Origin: Chrysomallon squamiferum
Lineage: Eukaryota; Animalia; Mollusca
Reading direction: 5' to 3'
NCBI GenBank assembly: GCA_012295275.1
Contig: CM022679.1
Span: 20,274,001-20,338,000 of the forward strand
DNA length: 64,000 bases
A program made the translations under genes and the position numbers. The notes beneath the pieces were generated by a model. It did no database searches. It had not been told where the DNA came from and saw only the letters and a program-made list of their open reading frames with translations. Below are positions 49,901 to 62,740 of the stretch, one piece after another (the first letter of the stretch is position 1; each line of letters begins with the position of its first letter).

Positions 49901-52900
49901 GATTTGAAAATAAATAAAACATTCTGAGCAGAGATGCTTAACCAGGTGAAAATAATGTTTTTTAAAATAGATGAACACTTTTTATTTAAGAAATTAAACA
50001 ATCTTTCTTTTCTCAGAATAAATAAAATTTTAGATATGTTTCAATAATGTGAAGAAGAAAAAGTGTTTATAGTTGGAAAACTGTGACAAATTGATATAGA
50101 CAAATATACTACAGTCTATCAATAGATAGATGGTTATAGATTCACATATGAGTGCATGCACAAGCATTTTGTTTTCAAAGATTATGTACACTTGTTCTGT
50201 CCTAGAATACTGGTTAATTGATAAGTAATTAAACTGATATTAATTATATGATTATTTTAATTAATTTTTCTAAATATAATATTTTTTCTTTTTTTTTTTT
50301 CTATTCTCCAGATTCACAAGCTAGGTTCTGTAATCAAGGTGAAAGTTTTGGGAACAATGCTGTTGATAGATGAAGGTAAAAATTGTGATTTTATAAAAAG
50401 TAAAAAAATTAATTTACCTGTTTAAATTTTATCACTTACAATATAAAATCTTAGTTAAGGTATAGAACCTACTGATATAAATAAAAATCATTAACAACAG
50501 ATTTTATCATTTACTGATTTAGTTTTTTTTCTCTTATTACATTTTTCATACTTAGGAAAAAATTCATAAATTAAATTAGATTTTTATCTAATTTAAGAAA
50601 GAAAAAATAGGATTTACTTAACAGGTAAGCATACAAGCAATGCTAACATGCTTACCTGTTCAGTAAATTATTTTTGCTAATAGCTATGTTGATATTTATA
50701 GCCATAAACAATGAGGAAATGTTTGTGTTTTTCAAAATAAATATACTTGTTTCTTCTGACAGGAGAAACAGATTGGAAAATAATAGCTATTGATGTGGAA
50801 GATCCACTGGCAGCTAGTTTAAATGGCAAGTATAATTTTCTTGATATTTAAATGTAATTATTTTTAAATAACAAAACAAGATGTATTTTAAAATGCTATA
50901 CATTATTTAATTTGCATTTTGGTAACATTTTCTTGAATATGATTGAGGTTTTTCATATTGAAGAAATTAATTGCAACATACTGTTCAGAGTTACCTGGAT
51001 GTATCTCAGTGATAGATGTTAGCAGTGTACCCTAATACTGGTTTCAGTTTCATCTGATGTCTTATAACTGATACACAAAGACTGCGATGAAATAGTGCCA
51101 ATAAGTAGATAAATATAATAATTTTATTATGTAACTAATTGATCCTGATTACATTTCAGATATTGACGATATTGAAAAACACATGCCAGGATTTTTGAAG
51201 GTAGAGAATCTTTCTTCTGTCTGTTGAGATATTATAAATTTTAATGATAAATACATTTAAAAAAAAAAAACATTCATATTGTAAAATTTATTTTATCACA
51301 ATTTTACAGATGCTGTATCTTTTTAGAAATATTTTAATATAAAAAAATAAAATTTAATTAAATGATTAAATATTTTATGGTATTTTATAAACAAGATTTC
51401 TTTAAAAGGAGGTACCCACAAAAGCCAGAAATTTTGAATGCGAAATTTTGTCACTTACAATTACATGATTGTTTGTTTTAATGTAATATGTCAAAAGGCT
51501 TCTGAAGTATTTTTCAGTGCATAGTCTTTCAATTACTCATTCAGGCAAACATTACATTATATAATTTTATTTCTACACTGTTATAATATTAAATTTATTG
51601 GAATTCATAATTAAACTGAATTAAGCATATAGTTGAATACACTGTATTTTATTAATGTAAAATGAACATTGCTTGGTCTCCATCTAAATGATAAATTCTG
51701 ATTAGCATCTTCTTGCATATGGCTCAAGGAATATTTTTTGAAATATCTGATAAAACTCATATTGATCAAGACTTATTGATGTACATTAATGAAATGCCTG
51801 CTGGTTCATATGTCTGTTACTAATAAGCAAAACACATTTTTGTAATTATTATTATTGGTATTGTTTATTTAATCAGAAATTTTGTTTAATTTTAAAGATT
51901 ACAAAGCTTTAGACAAATTTTAATTTATCTTGTAAAAACAAAATATTTCATGTTTATTTTATTTTTATTTTTTTTAAGGCCACATATGAATGGTTTAAAT
52001 TTTACAAAGTTCCTGATGGTAAACCAGAAAATACGTTTGCCTGGGATGGTAGAGCAAAGGACAAGGTTGGTTTGTGTACCTGTCTCAGTATCTGCTGTTT
52101 TAGTAATAAGGGCTAAGATGAATGGATTGAAGAAATGTTTTGCAGTATTGTAAATTTTGTAAATGGAGATTGCTAAGACTTCCCTGACCATCTAGTTATT
52201 AGTTTTTGAATTTTTGATAAAATAGTTTGTGTTGATTGGCAGAGCTTAGTAATAATAAGCATGTATGATTGTTGAAAATAAAGAAGTTGATTTTAATTGT
52301 TGTAAATGCCTCAGAGGAAACCTAATAAATGTGTCTGACTCCATAGCAAAACTGAAATTGTACATAAATGCCATATCCCTCCTATTTCCATCAAAGATAT
52401 TCAGACTTGATCCATGTTGTTTTGAAAGATTTTAAAAAAATGTATTTAGTTTTTATTAATCAGAGATGTAAAAGTTTTTAGAATTAACTGATTAGTAACA
52501 ATCCATTTATTTTTCTAATTAATGTAAAAATAAATATCTTTGACATGTTACTTAAGTTAGAGAAACAGAGTTTCTGTCTATCAGTGTGTGTGTGTGTGTG
52601 TGCAAAGAGATACAAATACCATTTAACTACAGAAATAAGTCTGTATATATAATTAAATATTTTATTTAAATATTTTATCTTTGTTACATATTCACTGTGT
52701 TTTCAGGCTTTTGCTATGAACATTATCAATGAGTGTCACCAACAGTGGAAAGGCCTGATTGGGGCTAATGCTGACAAAGGAGAAATTGCCTGGTAAAATG
52801 ATTTGTGTTTTTTATTAATATTCAGTAACTATACTTTATTTCATTTTTAAGAAATACATATTAATGAAAAACCTTAAAGTTAAAAAATGTATTTAAATAT

Positions 52901-54220
52901 ATAAAATTTTAGAATTAATCACATTCATCTTAGTCTTTATAACCTATGGATGTTTTATTCCAATAATTTTCAGTTTTATTGTGTTGTAAATATTGTTTGA
53001 GAAAATTATATTTGAAATATAATTTATATGTGTTCAGTAAAGAAATGTACTCTTGTACTAAAGATAATGTTTACTCTGTCATTTTGAAAGAGATTTGAAT
53101 TTGTTATATTTGGTGATTGTGATAAAGCACTTTCATACTTCTTTTTAACTCAACATTTTAATAAACAGTACAGGATTCTTCATGATATAAAAATATATAT
53201 ATATATTTTTTGTACTATTTAGCATATTGTATTTGTTTTGTTTTTTCCAACACAGTGAAACAACAACAGTTGCAGGAAGCCCATATCTTATAGAACAAAG
53301 TAAAGCTCAGGAAATTTGCCTAAAGGTGAGAAATAATCTTGATTCAAAAGACTTCTATATTAAAATGTTTTTGAGCACTGATTCTCAGCCAGGTCAGTGA
53401 CTTCCCATGTGACACAACATGAACATAAGGCAGTGGTAGGACATAAATGCTTATAACTAATCTATACAATTTCTGTCAAACTATAAAATTTAAAAAGTAT
53501 TTTAAATGGGCTACTTAAAAAGAAAAGGTTGAAAACCTAGTGTTTTAGATGAATGCTTCTGTTTAATAAATTATTTAAAAATAAAGAGTTAACTAAACAT
53601 AAATATTTTTGTTTCACAGAACGCTGCCCCAGGTCAGGCTGCTCCACTAGATGCAGAAGGTGAGTAGTAAAATAAAAGTTAATCTTGTATAATGTTCTGT
53701 TTTTAATCAATTTATCATCCATTCGAGTCAATACATTTGAGTTAGCAAGTCTGTTCAGCTCAGTGTACTTGTCATATTGCAGTAAAATACCTTAACTACA
53801 TTATGTTACCAAACTGCAAACCTTTATTATTAATAAAGTACAACAATAAAATAACAATATTAAAGAGATTCATATTTAATGTCATCTACATGTTATTTTG
53901 TTTATAAAAAAAAATATGAGAAAAAAAACAGTTCCTGAATTTGATGCCTTTGATGTTATCAGTGTTATGAAGATCTTACCAGTCATGTAAACAGGCCACA
54001 GAGCCACAGTATTTATTATCAGTTTTAGTTGGGCTTTTTTATTTTATTTTATGGTCCAAATATAGAAATTACTTTTTGTTGATGTAAATAATTTTTTTTT
54101 TTTTTTTTTTGTTGTTGTTTATTTTAATTTATACAGTCTCATTACAAAGATTATTATTTTTGTCAATATACATTATTTTGTTTTTCAGTGGATAAATGGT
54201 ACTATGTAATAGGAAAGTAA
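46662..54220 (+). CDS. PPA1: Soluble inorganic pyrophosphatase, family I (PPA1/PPA2-like), 12 exons, 355 aa from ATG1 and 289 aa from ATG at 46860
   Basis: Exons total 1068 nt in frame. Motifs [89 protein letters not shown]. The single locus resembles both vertebrate paralogues. Confidence 0.96.
47370..47488 (+). CDS. PPA1: PPA exon 2
   Basis: [10 protein letters not shown]...NAKME|gtaaaa. Confidence 0.95.
47943..48062 (+). CDS. PPA1: PPA exon 3
   Basis: LNPIKQD...NYGALPQ|gtaagt. Confidence 0.95.
48594..48680 (+). CDS. PPA1: PPA exon 4 (catalytic DxDPxD)
   Basis: TWEDP...[14 protein letters not shown]. Confidence 0.95.
48710..49541 (-). mobile_element. Internally deleted pogo/Tigger-type DNA transposon in PPA intron 4
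   Basis: 23-bp TIRs CAGTGGTACCTTAACTTACAAGT / ACTTGTAAGTCGAGGTACCACTA flanked by TA. The minus-strand peptide [15 protein letters not shown]...[21 protein letters not shown]...STFMICTLL resembles the Tigger/CENP-B N-terminal HTH. Confidence 0.88.
50312..50375 (+). CDS. PPA1: PPA exon 5
   Basis: [13 protein letters not shown]|gtaaaa. Confidence 0.95.
50763..50825 (+). CDS. PPA1: PPA exon 6 (GC donor)
   Basis: [21 protein letters not shown]|gcaagt. Confidence 0.9.
51160..51200 (+). CDS. PPA1: PPA exon 7
   Basis: [14 protein letters not shown]|gtagag. Confidence 0.93.
51979..52065 (+). CDS. PPA1: PPA exon 8
   Basis: [21 protein letters not shown]. Confidence 0.95.
52707..52792 (+). CDS. PPA1: PPA exon 9
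   Basis: [17 protein letters not shown]. Confidence 0.93.
53256..53325 (+). CDS. PPA1: PPA exon 10
   Basis: TTVAGSPY...; AAG|gtgaga; phase 2-0. Confidence 0.9.
53620..53659 (+). CDS. PPA1: PPA exon 11
   Basis: cacag|AAC GCT GCC...GAA G|gtgagt. Confidence 0.88.
54189..54220 (+). CDS. PPA1: PPA exon 12
   Basis: tttcag|TG GAT AAA TGG TAC TAT...TAA. Confidence 0.92.
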
Positions 54221-57200
54221 ACAGTTAAGAAATGTACCTGCCTATTCCACACACTGTTTGGCAGCAGTTTATTCCGTCAATTAGTGACTGACTGAGGGAA
54301 CTCACAGTTGTTTAGAATTGCTTTACATGGTTGTTTTGTATAATCTTGTCATACTTCAAAATTAAAGAAAAAACTTTTGTTATTTATCAAAACTTGTTAA
54401 CTGCCAATAGCTTTAAAACATTTTTTTGTTGTTTTTGATTGACTTGGCATGAAAAAACCACATGCATATCATTATTATATTATCATAATATTTACAAATT
54501 AAAATATCCATGTTTAGAAAGTTTTAAAACCCACCTTAGCAACCAAGTTAATAATTCAGTCCGTATTTATGTTGTCAAATTTTTGTTGTAGAAACTGTTT
54601 CATGGTTTGTTAGTTGGTCATGTTGAGAATAAACATTAAGTCAGTTATAAGAAGCAGTAATTAATTATTATTTATGTTATAATTATAAAACCTTTGAATT
54701 GAATTTTGGTATTAACCTTTAATTCACAGTAAAATAATCATTCATTATTTTGGTAAAAATCAGGATTACAAAAGAAGAAGATCAGTAATTTTTGTTAGTC
54801 TTCCTATAAAGTTAATACAAAATTAAATTACTAAAATTTCTTACATAAAAGCATTTCAGAACAACTAGTCTTAAACTGTTACCAAAATTTTGAAATTGTT
54901 TTATTGTACAATCATAAAGCATGGAGTTTCCCCAAATGATTTTATTTACAAATGAAAATATGCCTTAAATGTATGTATGTGTCGGTTGTAAGTTTGTTAA
55001 ATATTTGTCATACTAGAATAACTTGTTTATAGGTTGTGGATTAATTATCTTGTAGATTACTAGCGTTATGGTTCATTTAGTTCTCTGCTTTATTCTGAAA
55101 TATTTAATACTTATCAACTGGTTTTACAGCCGTCTGGGTGAAAAGAAACTTTTAGATGCTTATCCTAGTATTATAATATTTATATACAGAGCTAGAAGAG
55201 GGTTTTTTAATATTTTAAATTTCTGATTTCATTTTGTAAACTCTTTTACGATGTAGTAATTTTATTTTTAACTTTAATTAATGAAAAGAAAAAGTGATAA
55301 AAGCATTTTATTTTTTTAAAGATCTTTTCAATTTTGTTTTGATCATGTTTTATATACATGTACCTGTGTATATTTTGGATTTAAAGTTATTTTTTAAAGT
55401 AAATTATTAAAAGGACGTTTTTACTGTTTAGTTCCTAATACATGCTGTTTTTTAAAAACTTTAACATACAAGATAATTTATAGCCTGTTTGGCCTGAAAA
55501 TACATTTATCTACCAGAGGTAAATTTAGATTTATAATCATTAAAGAGTGTGTTTAATATTCATGTTTGTAAATGAAATTTGTAAATGTTATAAAACTCTT
55601 CTTTGGAGCAAAAGTAAACTCCAATTTAAGAAAATAAATATGATAAATATTAATGATTTAAATAATGAATACTGAAAATCTCAGACTGATGAAAGAAGTG
55701 GTTTCAGTTTGTTGTTTTTTGTTTGTTTTTTGTTTTTTTAAAGTTAGCATGGAGGTGATTGATAAATAGTATATATCTGTTATAGTATATGTAGTCAAAG
55801 CAAAGTTTAAATATTACTGTTGAAAATATTTATAAAAATATTAAAAATAAATAGTGTAAATTATCAGTTTGATAGTCTTTGTTATATTACTTTTTATGAT
55901 CAACATACTTTTTGTCATAATTTTAAAAAGTATTAAAATAGAACATGTTTTTTTTAATATAAAACAAAGCAATTTGTTCTGAATTCAAAGTGTTAACTTT
56001 TATGATGGTTGTATTTGTTATGCACTTCTTCTGTATTAAAAAACAAATAATGAAAACAGTTTGATAACATTTTATAATTGTACGAGAAAATTCCATGTTG
56101 AATTTATTAACCGAAAATAATGTCCATGACTCCCAACTTTTAATACTGACTGTTAATTTGGGATAAGAAATGTCAGAAAAATTAGTGCTTGTTAAATTTG
56201 ATTTTTATTATTTTATGCATGAATGACCAGTGATGTTTTGCACTTTACAGATACAAACCGTAAGTGACCTATGTAATTCTAATTATTTTGAAAAATATTT
56301 ATTTCTTGAGTATAAAAAGTAGATTTTTATATTAATGCGTTGTTGTTTATTTACTAGATTTACATTAACCAATAAAGTATTTGTAATCAATGCAGATTAC
56401 ATTCCCTTTATAGAAAACAAATCAGTATTTGTTACTGTGAATGTAACGACATACATCTCAGAGTCTATAGAGTTAATTTGTTTCACCTTCTTTTCTTACT
56501 GGTATTATTGGCTGCAATAAGAAAACTAATCTGTTACTCAGAAAATGGATTGAAGTTTTCTGCAGACAAGAAGAATCTGACAATAGCATCCATTATTTTA
56601 AATTTTTATTTATATATCTTATCTTATATACAATTATTAAAAAAAAAAAGGAAACCAGCAAAGCTTCTTCATGATTATATATTAGAGAGAAAAAATATTT
56701 GCCTTATATCTGTTTAAAAAAAGTTGTTTGAATCCCCAAAAATAAATACACTTCATTTGGCTTTTGTTGCCTACCACTGTTGAAATTTGTCTGAAAAACA
56801 TACGTATTTAAATGTAATTTTCATCAGATAAACAAGCTGATGCTTTAAAAAATGTAAATACTGTGCTGTTGTTACTTGAGAGATGTGAGCATTGTTAGCT
56901 TGATGCACCACTCTCAGCCAGTTCTCTGCAAATTTCATTTGTAGCAAGATACTGTTACCTTTACATTCATTTTCCTATATACTATTACAAATATTTTATA
57001 TCAACTATTGATTTGTTAACTGATTTTCAATTTTGTATGGTTTTTACATTTATTGAATATTTCATTCCTAAAGTTAAAGTTTAAAAAAAAAAACTTATAT
57101 TATATATATATATATTTGCCACTTCCAAAAACAAACCATATACTGTATGCACTAGGTTTCAAATATTTTAAATACAATTTAATAATTTTAAAAGGCTCCA

Positions 57201-57770
57201 TAAATGTTTTTTTTGTTTTTTTTAATTTTAAATCATTATTCCTGCATTTTGAGAGGATATAAAGAATTGTTGACAATGCAACAGAATGTTTAAGAAATCA
57301 TGAAAAAACATCAAACTATTTTCAGATATAACTGGTATGTATATCGAGAACCGTGCAAGTATTTGCAGTAATATATTAAAAATTTCTTATTCATTAGAAA
57401 ACTTTAAAAAAATTAAATATATATGAAAACAAGTATTTACAAATTTAGGTTTACTGACATTTACATATTAAATTTTTTACAGAGGACAATCTTGTACACA
57501 TAAGTAGTGGAATGAGGATGAGTCTATAAATAATCACTGATTTGTTTCTTGCCTTTGATGTTTATCTGTCAATATTAAAAATGAATCGATTTCCAATAAA
57601 AGTATTTTGTAAGAATATCGGAGTTTTGTTTTTATTAATATTTATCATCAATGAGAACCATGTTTTTATTAATATTTATCATTATTATTATTTGTTTTGT
57701 TTTTTGTTGTTTTTGTTATACAGAAAGAGGACCATGATTTGGAATTTGTGACTGTTATGACTTTTAAATA

Positions 57771-58156
57771 CAGTCAACTTCATTACAAAACTCCACTATA
57801 TACCACCATTCTCTTTTTTGTTGTTTTGTACTGGAAAAAAAAAAAAAAAAAACATACCATCTTGTATAGGCTGCCTCATATTAATGACTTGGACATCTGT
57901 CAAGGAATTCTTCGAGTATAAGTATTGCAGGCAATGTAAATGGTTCTTAAATTTGTTATCAAAGGATCAAAATAAAGTTATCTATAACTCAGCTTAATTT
58001 TTCATATTTTCTAAAGCAACTAAATTCAGCTGGGTATTTGTGGGTCAGCAGTGAAGTTTGATGCAATACTAATTCAGAAAACTCGGTGTACCACTGAATT
58101 CGCTATAACAACAAAATGTTGAACACCAGTGTTGGTGTTAAAAAAATGTTTGACTG
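57771..58156. mobile_element. Old Tigger-like MITE
   Basis: TA-CAGTCAA...TTGACTG-TA termini; the right end resembles the solo end at 44198-44226. Confidence 0.45.
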
Positions 58157-58276
58157 TAGATGAAAAGTTTGTATGCTGAGCTGTCAAGTTCGTAGTGACA
58201 AGAGGTTATAGGTATCAAATAGTCTAAAAAGTGGAAAAGGTAACCTACCCATCCTTTCTATTCTTTTTTTTAACTA

Positions 58277-59083
58277 CCGTATATATGTGTATAAGTCGAA
58301 TTTTTGGGAGACTATATTAAGGTAATATTTTGGGGGTCGACTTATACATAGGTAATGCTTTTGTAGCTGTTGCCGAAGAGTCGCCATTTTGACTATTTTT
58401 TGCTACGGGATGCATCTAAAATAATCGCGGTCTTTCAGCTTTTCAAAAATATAATTTTATCGTATAAAATTTTTTGAAAAATTAAATAACAAAACCAAAT
58501 ATGAATGTAAAACATGATATTCTTCCGTTTAATTACATAAAAATACATTTTAAAGCGAGAAAACCGTCAGTACGGCGTTATGCCTTACGGCGTCTTGCAA
58601 TGATCTAAGAATGCAGACTTCTCTGCCAAATTGCACTAAATATCGGTCCTAATTTCATAAACAAAACTCACTTGTTTAATTGTAAAGAATTTGGTGAAAT
58701 AATATTGCAATCGTCATTAATATCCACTACCGACAAATTTTGTAAATCATAGAACGGTTAAATATAACGGTAAGTTAGGTCTCCATGTTAGACCTATTAC
58801 ATTAAAGAGATACTATTTATGATACATTTAGGCTATAGCTCGTGTAATACATGCATTTACGTTATTATGGTATGTTCGTGCAAATTACAGCTCGTGCAAG
58901 TTATGTTACAGTAGGCGTACAATGTAGGCCTTCATGGCACTGTCACACTGGTCTAAAAATAGTGACGGTGCCTGGAATCTACAGTCGACTTATACACAAG
59001 TAATACCTAAAATGACGCAATTTTTGGTCTTAAAATACATATCGACTTATACATAAGGTCGCCTTGTACACAAGTATATACGG
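58277..59083. mobile_element. Non-autonomous Tc1/mariner-superfamily element (Tc2/pogo-like MITE)
   Basis: TIRs CCGTATATATGTGTATAAGTCGA / TCGCCTTGTACACAAGTATATACGG with TA on both sides; internal TCGACTTATACA repeats; CpG-rich relative to flanks. Confidence 0.85.
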
Positions 59084-59591
59084 TAATAAATAAAAATTAA
59101 TTTAAACAGTATTTTTAAAATTCTTTGATGATTCTTATTAGAAACATCAAGCATCTGCAAGCTATGAATCAGTCTTATGTTAAATTTATAACAAAATAAT
59201 TTCTTACATTTAAAACTACTGAGAATTGTATATTCTTGTATCAAGGTGTACATAAAGTAGGGACTGCCCCACAGTTAAATGCTGAAACTGATCATAGTCC
59301 AAGAAGTTTAAAACAAACTTTTTGATGAGGCAACCAGTTTAATAACAAAAAATCTGATTGCTGGTGTAATTAAAAGCCTGTGATAACAGCTTTGAAGATG
59401 AGGTGATAGAATTCTTTCAGTTAATTATTTTTATTTTTATTTATTTTTGTTTTTATTTAAATATGAAAAGCAGAATTGATAGTAAATTTTTATTCTTGTT
59501 AAGATTGTAGTTTTTCTGATGGACTAACTGAACCAGATTTTCTGATGGGTCAAATTATCAACAAGATGACCACTGACACTGGAATAGTTAA

Positions 59592-59593
<2 letters not shown>

Positions 59594-59653
<60 letters not shown>
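59594..59653 (+). repeat. Poly(A) tract of about 60 nt
   Basis: Seen directly in the sequence. Confidence 0.95.
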
Positions 59654-59655
<2 letters not shown>

Positions 59656-62289
59656 AATAAATAAAAAATAAGTATTTACAAATTTAGGTTTACTGACATT
59701 TACAAATTAACAAATTTTACAGAGGACATTTATCCGTCTGCAATATTAAAAATGAATCTATTTCCAGTAAAACGAAAAAATCAAACTTATTATGATACAA
59801 ATCAAGATAGTACAGAGTAGTTGTCTTGATGTTAGTATATTTTACATAGTTCCATTCATTATGACTGAAAACAGGACTTTCAAAAACTAAATGACTCTTT
59901 TTTTTTTTTTTTTTTTTATAAATGGCAGGAGCAGCTCATGAAATGATTTTTCTCTTTTTATTGTCAAAAATGAAATATTGCATATTAAAAAAATTCTCAT
60001 CTATTGCCAGTATCAGTATAATTATAGAAAAGTAAAGTTTAACCAGTGTAAATTGTCAGTCAGAAACCAGTGCATTCTTGATGATATAGACTGTGTGTTT
60101 GTTTATTATTTAATTTGCAATAATATGTGTCAAAGACTGAATTTCATTGTAAATAAATATAATTTATTTTTACAAAACGTTTATATTGATCTTAATCATC
60201 AAGCGGTTGTTTACCATTATCTGAGATAGTAGCCAATCAATTTTTAATTTTTATATATTTTCTTAGTTTGATTAAGTGATCTGTTTTAATGTTATTACAC
60301 ATTTTCTCAGCAAATGAATGAATTTATTGTGTATATATATATTTTATTTTTTTTGTGTAGGATTCTGTCCTTGATGCATTTAAGAAAAATTTTGTATGTA
60401 ATGTTTGCATGATTATGTGACAATATGTATATGCATATGTATATCTGTTTTTTATGTATGTATAAAGATGCCTCTTTGTGTGACTGCAGTTCTGTAAACA
60501 ACATGTCCTGGCTTTGTCAGCGAATGCGATTGTTGCAGGTGTGCTTCACAACAGCTTCATTTGGTTAACACGTTCCTGTTTTCATTCACTTCTCACGCTA
60601 ACTGAAGATATAATTAGTCTTGATATTCATTGATAAAAGCACACTTAAAGCTAGAATTGATGAATAATATAAAATTTCAGGGAAAGATTAGGCCTTTCAT
60701 TATCCATCTTGATCTGTGAGTCAAGAGTTTTCACCTTTGAAGCTTAGAACGGAATTTGCAATGGATTTTTTTCATTTTAATTTAAAATTCATTTATTTCT
60801 ATAATATTGGAGTTTTCTCTGAAAGTGTCATTTTTTTTTCTTCCCATTTTGTATGTAATAATATTTTTAAAATAGGTAAAAACTTTTTGTTTAAGAAGGT
60901 AAACAATCTTTCTTTTCTCAGAATAATTAAAATTTACCATTTATTGTAAGTAGGAAAATACCTATATATTTATTTATATTGTTTATTTATTTATTTATTT
61001 ATTTATTTTGATTTAAATTTTGATTTGATAAATACACACATCCAAAATATAAAACAGGGGTGTGCTAACTTTCTGATCTTACAGCGCTTTAACTTCACTG
61101 GAACTATGGCTGTACAAATTGTATTGTGATTGAGTAAAATCTGAAAGCATAACATAAATGATTTTGCATAATGTTCTAACAATGAACCTCTGCTGCAGAT
61201 AATCAATGGGTTCATTTACATGTTTCCATGGGAATTGATTTCATCCCTCTATGATTCCCATTAAAGTCACAATAAATAGTTATTAATATTATTTATTACT
61301 TGAATGAATATTGGATGCCTTGTTGTGTGCAGCATCTAACAGTCATAGGAAATTCATGGTGTATGAGTGTTTATACTGACGTGTAGCCTTGTTACATTTC
61401 AAATCAGACATTAAGTGTGATGAGGCAACATCCTTGCCATGGCCGTAGGATGTGCACCCCTGTCACGAAACTTCAGAAATAATATTTAATTTATTTTCCC
61501 CTTCTTTCTTCTGCCCATTGTTTGTTTAGGACTGCCACTCCTAGTTGATTTTCTTGCATTTAGATGGCAGCACATGAGAATCATTCTGATGGCCTGATGT
61601 TAGTATTCTTTGTTTTATTTTTCTAAAACATGTCGCTAAAATGAACCAAGGTTTTATTCAGTGTTATTGGTTTTGTTTCCGTAATTTCATACTGCATGTC
61701 AGGAAACAACTAAATAGCTGTACTACGTCATTTGTGTTGTTATTTTGCCAATACATGTTCATTTGTAGAGCCTTGGGTTGCATCAGTAGGGAGCAATTAT
61801 TAATTATTAGTGATCTCTTCATTGGTTTAAATAGTCATTGATTTTACTAGAATTTTTGTAACACCAATGATGACTGGTAACAATAACAAATGTGTCAGAG
61901 TAGGTTACTTAACTTGCTAGGTCAGATTAATTTATTCTATTTCACAAATATTATTTAAATTTAAATAATTTCCCTTCTTCAGTTTAATTAACTTCATGAC
62001 ACGTTATTGTTATAATCCTGACATGACAATGATAATAATAAATTATAGACTGTGATTGAGACACACATCATAGTCCAGAGCTTATTACATACCCTGATAA
62101 CATAGTGATATCTTGAAGAAATGGTTTCTAGTCAAATCTCATCAGCTTGGTTTATTATGATGCGTTTTCAACAAATAATATGACTTAGCAGTCTTGTTGT
62201 GTACAGAAATATAACATCATTTCCACTTGATCACGACATATTTTGGTTACTGAGGCAGATTATTTAGTGATCATTACATTTTTTTTTAA

Positions 62290-62740
62290 AGTTTTCAGAT
62301 GTGATAAAAATTGGGCAATACAAAAAAACAAAACATGAGTTGTATCCCCAGAAGCATGATGGGAATCCACAAAAGTAAGTTGCCTGCTTGACTTCAAATT
62401 GTTCCGTATTGAGTAGAAAATTTCACTAAATATCTTCAAAGCATTGGTACATTCCACTTTAAAATGCACAATGGGGCTAAATCAGATTATATGTCTTTCT
62501 TCTGGGAAGCTGTTACATGGATATGAGTTGTGTCTGTAAGGTAAGTAAGAATCCTCTAGTCCTGACCTTCATTATTTTGAAATAGAAGCTGCCAACACCA
62601 AATCCTCTAGTCAGACATGTAAGTAATGGTATGGAGCCTGTTGCCCAAAGCTAAAAACATCTCTAGATCCCCTCATACCTACAGTGCTAATGATCTGCCT
62701 GGGCCAGATAGCTTCAGCAAAGACCTCACCGAATGATACA
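62290..62740 (+). mobile_element. Possible highly decayed non-LTR retrotransposon (RTE-like) 3' fragment
   Basis: GC-richer block; KISLNIFKALVHSTL recalls the post-RT segment of RTE ORFs, but there are many stops. Confidence 0.25.
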
